Positions 25,757-32,690 of a DNA stretch of 32,690 bases are shown here, piece after piece. The stretch is from IMG/VR virus record IMGVR_UViG_3300038797_000098, positions 1 to 32,690 of that record, one strand, 5' to 3'. Position 1 is the stretch's first letter, and each line of letters starts with the position of its first letter. This DNA is from a virus. Lineage: Duplodnaviria; Caudoviricetes. The position numbers and the translations under genes were made by a program. The notes beneath the pieces are model-generated. The model worked only from the letters and a program-made list of their open reading frames with translations, did not search any database and was not told where the DNA came from.

Positions 25757-26748
25757 AGCGTCAGCACCTCGACTTCAACCGCTGTGCAATACGGCGCCTG
25801 AAACGCGGTGGTCACGATCGGCGTCAGCGGTTCGAGAATCTGCAGTTGCACGGCGCCGGCGCTGTGCAGCGTGTAGTCGATCCAGCTCGGATCGACCCGG
25901 CCTTCGAGGCGATGGCAACTGTCGGCATACGCTTGCAATTGTGCTTGCGCCGCGACCTTGGTCAGGCCCGAGTCGGGGCCGGAATTGATCTTGGCGACAA
26001 CGCGGATTTTGTAGCGCTGGATCTCGGCAGCCTTGACGGTAACGAGGTCAGTTTCCGGGCGCACGTCTGGACGAGCAAAGTGCTGACGGACGCCCTCGAG
26101 CAATGCTTCGGAAGGCGTGCCATCGCCGCCTCGAGAAAGCACGGTGACTTGCACTTCGCCCGGCGCAGTGCGGCGCCCGTTGCCATCCTTGACCTGCGCG
26201 GCGAGGCCGTCCGGGTTGAAGGTGTAAGTGACATTCACTACGCCGGAATCAGTGGACTCAACCTGTACCGTGGGCCGCTCGCCGAGGGTGAACACCTCGC
26301 GGCGATACTGCATCCGCGAACCCGCCGCGGGCGCATGAGGTGCCAGGTAATAACGCAACCGAGCGTCGTCATCACTTTCATAAATCGCCGGCACTGGCGG
26401 AAATGCCGCCGGGTCGCCGGGATCGAGCAGTTGCCGCTCAAGCCCCATGTCGGCCAGCCGCGCATCGAGATTGCTGCCGGTCGCCCACCACGCCAGCATT
26501 TGTTTGATGCGTGCGTTGTATTTGCGCTCATGGGTTTGCAGACGCACGCAGAACGCTTCTAGCGCGAGGGTGAGCAATTCGCTTTCGTTTTCCAGGCTCA
26601 CCTTGAGTTTCGCGGCGCTGGTCGGCGAACGAGCACCCACGTATTCGACGACGAAGGCTTTGAACTCGTTGAGTAAATCTTCGAACGCTTCAACCGTGAT
26701 CAGCGCGGGTTCGGCCAGTTGATTCTGGCCGGGGATCAGCATGCTCAT
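25753..26748 (-). CDS. P2 gpJ-like baseplate protein
   Basis: ATGSNLD, ESDDDARLR, AAGS...Y, PGEVQVTVLS, VRPETDLVTV motifs. Confidence 0.92.
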   Translation of the reverse strand: MSMLIPGQNQLAEPALITVEAFEDLLNEFKAFVVEYVGARSPTSAAKLKVSLENESELLTLALEAFCVRLQTHERKYNARIKQMLAWWATGSNLDARLADMGLERQLLDPGDPAAFPPVPAIYESDDDARLRYYLAPHAPAAGSRMQYRREVFTLGERPTVQVESTDSGVVNVTYTFNPDGLAAQVKDGNGRRTAPGEVQVTVLSRGGDGTPSEALLEGVRQHFARPDVRPETDLVTVKAAEIQRYKIRVVAKINSGPDSGLTKVAAQAQLQAYADSCHRLEGRVDPSWIDYTLHSAGAVQLQILEPLTPIVTTAFQAPYCTAVEVEVLTL

Positions 26749-27077
26749 GTCACCACCTCGAAGGTTTGTTGGCGGTTTTTCCAGGTGCCGGCAAAACGCA
26801 GCAGCAGGCCGTCACCGTGGCGACTGGCAACAATCACTTGCGGCTGAAAATCATCGATACCGTTATGCGGGTTGTAGAACGCTTGCGCGGCGTGGCTCTG
26901 TGCCAGAAGCAGAATGTCGTCACCGAGGTTCTGCCCGAGGAGAGTGGGAATCAGCGAACCGTACAAAGGTCGTTTCTGCCGAGTGCCCAGCGGTGTGGTC
27001 AGGGCCCGGGTCGCGCGCTGCACGAATTGCAGCCAGTCGTCGACCGTGGCCCCGCTGTCTCTATCGATTCCGATCAT
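26745..27077 (-). CDS. P2 gpW/gp25-like baseplate (sheath initiator) protein
   Basis: MIGIDRDSG, LTTPLGTR.KRP.YGS.IP.LL; real start at ATG 27077 rather than 27452. Confidence 0.88.
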   Translation of the reverse strand: MIGIDRDSGATVDDWLQFVQRATRALTTPLGTRQKRPLYGSLIPTLLGQNLGDDILLLAQSHAAQAFYNPHNGIDDFQPQVIVASRHGDGLLLRFAGTWKNRQQTFEVVT

Positions 27078-27091
27078 GGGAGGCTCTTGAA

Positions 27092-27700
27092 TCAGGGGCT
27101 GATGACGCGGCCCTGGTGATCGACCAAGGGGCCGCTGAAGTGCACGCCCGAGGCGTCGATACTCAGGCCGACGGCGCCCAGTTGCAGGGTGATCAGTTGT
27201 GGCGTCATGGCCAGACGTGCAGGGCCGATGCTCAGTTCGAGCGACTCGCGAGACCCGTGGAATTGCGTTGGTCCGTTGAGCCAGTGCAAGGCGTGGCTGG
27301 CGTCGTCGTAACTGCTTTCGCTGCCGTCCTGATGTACCCGACGGGTCAGCGTCGGCACAGTCGAGGCCGGGGGAAAACGGTCGCTGTTCAAGCCGAACAA
27401 CGCGACACTCTGCGCGCCGCTTTCGCCGCTGCCATAGTTGAACAGCAGGCACTGCTCGCCCACCGTCGGGATGCGCGATTCACTTTGCGCACCAGCGCTG
27501 GGGTTGAAGAACTTGATCGCTGGGGTGAGCAATCCACCATGGCTGACTTGGCAGGTATTGCTCGCCGCATCAACTGACTGGCAGATGCCAATGCGACAGA
27601 AACTCTCGGCGCGGCGGTGCAAGTCTTCGATTTCCGCTTCCATTTCCGCCAGACGCTCAATGATCGGGCCGAGTTGCATGCGCAGTAATGCATCGAACAT
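27092..27700 (-). CDS. P2 gpV-like baseplate spike
   Basis: RIG....VD, PTVGEQCLL, DGSESSYD...HAL motifs; first gene of the V-W-J-I-H block. Confidence 0.88.
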   Translation of the reverse strand: MFDALLRMQLGPIIERLAEMEAEIEDLHRRAESFCRIGICQSVDAASNTCQVSHGGLLTPAIKFFNPSAGAQSESRIPTVGEQCLLFNYGSGESGAQSVALFGLNSDRFPPASTVPTLTRRVHQDGSESSYDDASHALHWLNGPTQFHGSRESLELSIGPARLAMTPQLITLQLGAVGLSIDASGVHFSGPLVDHQGRVISP

Positions 27701-27703
27701 CGG

Positions 27704-28225
27704 TCAGCCCTCCAGCGCGGTGTACTGGTCCGGGTCGTCGATGTTGCTGACTTCCCAGGTGCGAGCGAATTTCGGCATGCCCAGCGGATCGTCGAGCAAG
27801 GTCGGGCCGAGGTAGAGTGTCTGGTTGAACGTCAGGGTCCAGGTTTTGTATTGCTGATCGCCACGGATGAGCAATGACGGCAAGCCATCGATATTCATCG
27901 GCAGATCGCATTGATCGCCGGATATGTTCCAGCGGTTGTCAGTCATCAGGTTTTTCAGCACGGCAATCAGATCGCACGCTGCAAATGCACTGGCGGCAAG
28001 GGCCGGGATGACTTGCAGAGAGACCGTCATGACATGAGCAATTCGCCCGTCAGCGGCGCGCACCCCGGGTCCATTGCGGTCGAAGTCGATCAGCACCCAG
28101 GCCTGATCGCCCGGTGCAGTGAAATCATCATGGTTGCCGACGGTGAGGTTGAGGCCGGCGGTGTTGCGCAGTGACGTCGCGATGGCTGTAAACAGTTGCG
28201 ACGGCTGCTGGATCGGTGTGGGCAT
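27704..28225 (-). CDS. Hypothetical protein, probable tail completion/terminator (collar) of the P2-like module
   Basis: GGAGG RBS before ATG 28225; located between holin and spike genes; function inferred from position only. Confidence 0.55.
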   Translation of the reverse strand: MPTPIQQPSQLFTAIATSLRNTAGLNLTVGNHDDFTAPGDQAWVLIDFDRNGPGVRAADGRIAHVMTVSLQVIPALAASAFAACDLIAVLKNLMTDNRWNISGDQCDLPMNIDGLPSLLIRGDQQYKTWTLTFNQTLYLGPTLLDDPLGMPKFARTWEVSNIDDPDQYTALEG

Positions 28226-28296
28226 ACATGACCTCCTTTTCAATCGTCCACGCGCAGCCCTGCCGCCAACATGGCGGCAGGGAAAAATATTCAGGG

Positions 28297-28635
28297 TTAA
28301 GGGTGGTCGCGCGGCGGCACTTCGCAGACGCCGATACGCTTGGCCGCCCAGCGTTCGTAAAGGCCTATAGCGACATCAGCGCCGGCCATCGCCGTCAGGC
28401 AGCCAAACGCGCCAGCGGCCCAGATCGACATGCCGGCGGCATACAGCAGCATGATCGCTGACACGCCGCAGATCATGCAGGCGCCGGAACGCAGAGCCAG
28501 ACGCCGCACAAGTGACCAGCCGCGGGCGCCCTCCTTGTCGGCGCGCCACATTTCGCCGGACACCCCGCCGACGACAGCGAGGAGGATGACCAGCCAGATC
28601 GGCATGTCCGCCAACGCTTGTTGCTCGTTTGTCAT
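28297..28635 (-). CDS. hol: Holin (pyocin/LydA-like, about 3 transmembrane helices)
   Basis: GGAGG RBS; MPIWLVILLAVVGGVSGEMWRADK.G; hydrophobic helices; first gene of the operon. Confidence 0.9.
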   Translation of the reverse strand: MTNEQQALADMPIWLVILLAVVGGVSGEMWRADKEGARGWSLVRRLALRSGACMICGVSAIMLLYAAGMSIWAAGAFGCLTAMAGADVAIGLYERWAAKRIGVCEVPPRDHP

Positions 28636-28698
28636 GTCACGCCTCCGTGGGTGATTGATGAGTGATGGGTTGGGTTCAAACGGTTTCTCTTGAGGCAG

Positions 28699-28995
28699 GC
28701 ATTCCAAAAAGCCCGGCGCTTGCACACCGGGCTTTTCAGTAATGCGCTCCTTCGCCTTCCTTCCAATCCTGTGTTCGAGAAGGAAGCTGACTTTTCGGCG
28801 CTACTGGCGCGGTACGAGTCCATTCAGATTGTTTTTCCGACCGCGGTCCCTGCCCGCCGGATAACTGCTTCTGGTGCTTTACGCTGCACACCCGGGTCAG
28901 TTGCCAACCCTCTGAACCGTTGAGGCCGGTTCATCGCTGCCTGTTCTTGTGGAACTAAAGAGCTTGTCTTGCCAGCCGCTTTGTCGAGCGGCTTG
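28699..28995 (-). ncRNA. Candidate structured leader RNA with boxA-like motif
   Basis: Between predicted promoter and terminator; hairpins at 28974-28993, 28913-28933 and 28756-28786; GCTCTTTA at 28963-28956; no convincing ORF. Confidence 0.5.
28706..28736 (-). terminator. Intrinsic terminator in the leader upstream of the holin gene
   Basis: Minus strand AAAAGCCCGGTG-TGCAAG-CGCCGGGC followed by TTTTT. Confidence 0.75.
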
Positions 28996-29001
28996 GTGGC
29001 A

Positions 29002-29030
29002 AGAATATGCATGGATGCATATACAGTCAA
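29002..29030 (-). promoter_or_regulatory. Sigma70 promoter of the tailocin operon
   Basis: TTGACT-17 nt-TATTCT on the minus strand. Confidence 0.8.
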
Positions 29031-29074
29031 TGCGTAAATGCATTTATTTATGCATTAAATTTGCGCATATGCAT
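29005..29074. promoter_or_regulatory. Array of palindromic operators (ATGCAT-N2-ATGCAT), probable repressor sites
   Basis: Perfect ATATGCAT-GG-ATGCATAT (29005-29022) inside the promoter spacer; degenerate copies at 29029-29044 and 29061-29074; a half-site at 29050-29055. Confidence 0.7.
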
Positions 29075-29116
29075 GAAACCCAAGCGGGCCAAGGGGTGGG
29101 GAGATTTCTGCAGGCG

Positions 29117-29143
29117 AAAAAAAACCTGCCGAGGGGCAGGTTT
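29117..29143 (-). terminator. Intrinsic terminator of the repressor gene
   Basis: Minus strand AAACCTGCC-CCTC-GGCAGG followed by TTTTTTTT, just after the stop codon. Confidence 0.85.
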
Positions 29144-29161
29144 CAGTTGGATGAACAAGAG

Positions 29162-29896
29162 TCAGCGGGCGTACATGCCCCACCAGAAGACGTGACCGAG
29201 GATGACGATCTGCTCTTCCTGGATTTCCTGGAAGCTGTAGTCCTCATCTGGATGCTCGTCTCGATTGAAGCTGCGCAGACGGATGCCGGTGGGCAGGCGA
29301 TAGAGTTGCTTCACGCGCAATTGGCCGTTGTGATTGATCGCATACAGGTCGCCATCGATGATGTCGCCGATGCCGCACTTGCCGGCATTGACGCCGACGG
29401 TGGCGCCATCGCGCAGAACCGGCAACATGCTGTTGCCGCGCACCGTCACGCATTTGGCCTGGTCGAACTGCACACCGTTGTGGCGCAGGCTGCGTTTGCC
29501 GAAGCGCAGGCTGGAGCGCTCGCTCTCTTCGATGACGAATCTTCCTGATCCAGCAGCCAATTCAACCTCACGTAGAAAGGGCACCGACACCTCGTCGTCA
29601 TCGACGGGGGTGTCGTCGTCCCACAGGCTTATGTCCTTGAGTTCCGCATGCACGTCAGCGCGCGTGCCGGCCGCCGTTGGTGCGACATCCGCGCGCCCGC
29701 GCAACTGATCGGTGCTGACGTTGAAATATTCAGCGATCTTCGAGATGTGTTTATCCGAAGGATCGACAATCTTCCCGCTGAGAATCCGCGAGAGCGTTGA
29801 TTGAGGCACGCCGGTGCGACGGTGGAGCTCCGTGGGGGAGATCCCGTGCTGGTCGAGCAGTGCTCTTAAGACGGAGGAAACGTTGCGTTTTTGCAT
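29162..29896 (-). CDS. prtR: PrtR/CI-like repressor (XRE HTH plus S24 autopeptidase)
   Basis: HTH ISPTELHRRTGVPQSTLSRILSG; Ala-Gly cleavage site ELAAGSG; catalytic Ser in GNSMLP and Lys in LRVKQL. Confidence 0.9.
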   Translation of the reverse strand: MQKRNVSSVLRALLDQHGISPTELHRRTGVPQSTLSRILSGKIVDPSDKHISKIAEYFNVSTDQLRGRADVAPTAAGTRADVHAELKDISLWDDDTPVDDDEVSVPFLREVELAAGSGRFVIEESERSSLRFGKRSLRHNGVQFDQAKCVTVRGNSMLPVLRDGATVGVNAGKCGIGDIIDGDLYAINHNGQLRVKQLYRLPTGIRLRSFNRDEHPDEDYSFQEIQEEQIVILGHVFWWGMYAR

Positions 29897-30107
29897 AACG
29901 CGCATATTGCTTGAAGTTTTTCGCGAAGACAAATGCTGATTTGCATAGATCGTGCATAGATCAACTTTTCCCTGTCAATAAATGCTCACCCGACCGCAGC
30001 GCCTGCGTCGGGCAGACTGGCCATGGTAACCTTGCGCCCATCGCGGAAAAGCCCGGCCACTGCCCGCGCTTTGCCCTACATCTTTTAACGAGTTGCCCGA
30101 CAATCCG

Positions 30108-32690
30108 ATGAATAAAGCCGTCTCCGACCTGTCCTCCCACACTCCGATGATGCAGCAATACTGGCGCCTGAAGAATCAGCACCCAGACCAGCTGATGTTC
30201 TATCGCATGGGCGATTTCTACGAAATCTTCTACGAAGATGCGAAGAAAGCCGCCAAATTGCTGGACATCACCCTGACCGCGCGCGGGCAGTCGGCGGGTC
30301 AGGCGATTCCGATGTGTGGGATTCCTTACCACGCGGCGGAAGGGTACCTGGCAAAACTGGTCAAGCTCGGCGAGTCGGTGGTGATATGTGAGCAGGTCGG
30401 TGACCCGGCCACCAGCAAAGGCCCGGTGGAGCGCCAGGTCGTAAGGATCATCACGCCGGGGACGGTCAGTGATGAGGCACTGCTGGATGAACGCCGCGAT
30501 AACCTGATTGCAGCGGTATTGGGCGATGAGCGTCTATTCGGTCTGGCGGTGCTGGACATCACCAGCGGCAACTTCACCGTGCTCGAGATCAAAGGCTGGG
30601 AAAACCTGCTGGCGGAACTGGAGCGGGTCAACCCGGTGGAATTGCTGATTCCGGATGATTGGCCAAAAGACCTGCCGGCGGAAAAACGCCGTGGCGTACG
30701 CCGTCGCGCGCCGTGGGATTTCGAGCGTGATTCGGCGCTGAAAAGTCTCTGCCAGCAGTTTTCCACCCAAGACCTGAAAGGCTTCGGCTGCGAAAACCTG
30801 ACCCTGGCCATCGGCGCTGCCGGCTGCCTGCTGGCCTACGCCAAGGAAACCCAGCGCACCGCCCTGCCCCATTTGCGTAGCCTGCGTCACGAACGTCTCG
30901 ATGACACCGTGGTGCTCGACGGCGCCAGCCGGCGCAATCTGGAACTCGACACCAACCTGGCCGGTGGCCGCGACAACACGCTGCAATCGGTGGTCGATCG
31001 CTGCCAGACCGCCATGGGCAGCCGCTTGCTGACTCGTTGGCTGAACCGGCCGTTGCGCGATCTCACCGTGTTGCTGGCGCGTCAGACCTCGATCCGCTGC
31101 CTGCTCGACGGCTACCGCTTCGAAAAGCTGCAACCGCAGCTCAAGGAAATCGGCGATATCGAGCGGATTCTGGCGCGTATCGGTCTGCGCAATGCACGAC
31201 CACGTGACCTTGCGCGTCTGCGTGACGCTCTCGGTGCACTGCCCGAACTGCAAGTGGCGATGACCGATCTGGAAGCGCCGCACCTGCAGCATCTGGCGGC
31301 CACCACCAGCACCTATCCGGAACTGGCCGCATTGCTGGAAAAAGCCATCATCGACAATCCGCCAGCGGTGATCCGTGACGGCGGCGTGCTGAAAACCGGT
31401 TACGACAGCGAACTCGACGAACTGCAATCACTGAGCGAAAACGCCGGCCAGTTCCTCATCGATCTCGAAGCCCGGGAGAAAGCCCGTACTGGTCTGGCCA
31501 ACCTCAAAGTCGGCTACAACCGTATCCACGGCTACTTCATCGAATTGCCGAGCAAGCAGGCTGAATCGGCGCCGGCCGACTATATCCGCCGGCAGACGCT
31601 CAAAGGCGCCGAGCGCTTCATCACGCCCGAGCTGAAAGAATTCGAAGACAAGGCACTGTCCGCCAAGAGTCGCGCGCTGGCCCGGGAAAAAATGCTTTAC
31701 GAAGCGCTGCTCGAAGACTTGATCAGCCAGTTACCACCATTGCAGGACACCGCCGGCGCCTTGGCCGAGCTGGATGTGCTGAGCAACCTTGCCGAGCGTG
31801 CGCTGAATCTCGACCTCAATTGCCCGCGTTTCGTCAGCGAGCCGTGCATGCGCATCACCCAGGGTCGTCACCCTGTGGTCGAGCAAGTGCTGACCACGCC
31901 GTTCGTGGCCAACGATCTGAGCCTGGATGACAATACGCGCATGCTGGTCATCACCGGTCCGAACATGGGCGGTAAATCCACTTACATGCGGCAAACCGCG
32001 TTGATCGTGTTGCTAGCGCATATTGGCAGTTTCGTGCCGGCCGCCAGTTGCGAGTTGTCGCTGGTCGACCGCATCTTCACCCGTATCGGCTCAAGCGATG
32101 ATCTGGCCGGCGGTCGCTCGACCTTCATGGTCGAGATGAGCGAAACCGCCAACATCCTGCATAACGCCACCGAGCACAGTCTGGTCCTGATGGACGAAGT
32201 CGGGCGCGGTACCAGCACCTTTGACGGTCTGTCGCTGGCATGGGCGGCGGCCGAGCGCTTGGCCCATCTGCGTGCCTATACGCTGTTCGCTACGCACTAC
32301 TTCGAACTGACCGTGTTGCCGGAAGCCGAGCCGTTGGTGGCCAACGTCCACCTCAACGCGACCGAGCACAACGAACGGATCGTGTTCCTGCACCATGTTC
32401 TGCCTGGGCCTGCCAGCCAGAGCTATGGCTTGGCAGTCGCGCAACTGGCGGGTGTGCCGAGCGAAGTGATCTTGCGCGCGCGCGAGCATCTGAGTCGCCT
32501 GGAAGACACTGCCCTGCCCCACGAGGCGCCGAAACCGGCGGCCAAGGGCAAGCCGTCGACACCGCAGCAAAGCGACATGTTCGCCTCACTGCCACATCCG
32601 GTGCTCGACGAATTGGCGAAAGTGGATCTGGACGACATGACGCCACGTCGAGCGCTGGAAATGCTCTATGCACTGAAGAACCGGATATAA
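30108..32690 (+). CDS. mutS: DNA mismatch repair protein MutS
   Basis: [17 protein letters not shown], Walker [39 protein letters not shown]. Confidence 0.99.
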   Translation: MNKAVSDLSSHTPMMQQYWRLKNQHPDQLMFYRMGDFYEIFYEDAKKAAKLLDITLTARGQSAGQAIPMCGIPYHAAEGYLAKLVKLGESVVICEQVGDPATSKGPVERQVVRIITPGTVSDEALLDERRDNLIAAVLGDERLFGLAVLDITSGNFTVLEIKGWENLLAELERVNPVELLIPDDWPKDLPAEKRRGVRRRAPWDFERDSALKSLCQQFSTQDLKGFGCENLTLAIGAAGCLLAYAKETQRTALPHLRSLRHERLDDTVVLDGASRRNLELDTNLAGGRDNTLQSVVDRCQTAMGSRLLTRWLNRPLRDLTVLLARQTSIRCLLDGYRFEKLQPQLKEIGDIERILARIGLRNARPRDLARLRDALGALPELQVAMTDLEAPHLQHLAATTSTYPELAALLEKAIIDNPPAVIRDGGVLKTGYDSELDELQSLSENAGQFLIDLEAREKARTGLANLKVGYNRIHGYFIELPSKQAESAPADYIRRQTLKGAERFITPELKEFEDKALSAKSRALAREKMLYEALLEDLISQLPPLQDTAGALAELDVLSNLAERALNLDLNCPRFVSEPCMRITQGRHPVVEQVLTTPFVANDLSLDDNTRMLVITGPNMGGKSTYMRQTALIVLLAHIGSFVPAASCELSLVDRIFTRIGSSDDLAGGRSTFMVEMSETANILHNATEHSLVLMDEVGRGTSTFDGLSLAWAAAERLAHLRAYTLFATHYFELTVLPEAEPLVANVHLNATEHNERIVFLHHVLPGPASQSYGLAVAQLAGVPSEVILRAREHLSRLEDTALPHEAPKPAAKGKPSTPQQSDMFASLPHPVLDELAKVDLDDMTPRRALEMLYALKNRI

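Larger units (their letters stand above)
68..29896 (-). mobile_element. Domesticated phage-tail bacteriocin locus (double R-type tailocin) adjacent to mutS
   Basis: Repressor, holin, two complete contractile-tail gene sets, endolysin and spanins, all co-oriented. No head, packaging, replication or integrase genes. The mutS-cinA interval is an established tailocin site in fluorescent pseudomonads. Confidence 0.93.

Noticed and set aside
26745-27452. Long N-terminal extensions in the ORF track (gpW from 27452, DUF2635 from 15442, holin from 28725)
   Set aside because: They overlap upstream genes or terminators; internal ATGs with family-typical N-termini fit better.
4083-28225. T6SS or eCIS (PVC/Afp) with toxin cargo
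   Set aside because: No ClpV/AAA ATPase, membrane complex or effector-like ORFs; gene order is P2-like and Mu-like.
28632-29030. Small ORFs 28824-29030 and 28632-28823 as a hidden PrtN/antiterminator
   Set aside because: The first starts at the -35 TTG upstream of the predicted TSS. The second lacks a clear RBS and runs through the terminator. Neither resembles a known regulator. A short leader peptide cannot be fully excluded.
28636-29161. Cargo bacteriocin (S-type pyocin or lectin-like) between repressor and holin
   Set aside because: The interval is only ~525 nt and is filled by terminator, operators, promoter and leader.
68-29896. Intact prophage
   Set aside because: No capsid, portal, terminase, integrase, replication genes or att repeats are visible.

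Overview
Pseudomonas (fluorescens-group-like) chromosomal window. It holds mutS (+ strand, right end) and, on the - strand, a ~29.8 kb headless phage-tail (R-type tailocin) locus. In transcription order: PrtR/CI-like S24 repressor; a sigma70 promoter with palindromic operators and a ~360-nt structured leader; holin; a complete P2/VP882-like contractile tail module with one fibre; a complete Mu-like contractile tail module with three alternative fibre+chaperone cassettes; GH19 endolysin; Rz with embedded Rz1. No capsid, portal, terminase, integrase or replication genes are visible. Double R-tailocin loci beside mutS are already known in this group, so the overall architecture is not new. The least explained features are: (1) no recognisable PrtN/Q/N-type activator, despite intrinsic terminators in the leader and inside the operon, together with a boxA-containing multi-hairpin leader that could be a cis-acting antitermination RNA; (2) two unannotated -1 frameshift chaperone extensions; (3) a fibre-tip+chaperone module shared between the two unrelated tails; (4) three REP doublets inside the locus. 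Protein calls rest on motif recognition and synteny; no database searches were run.
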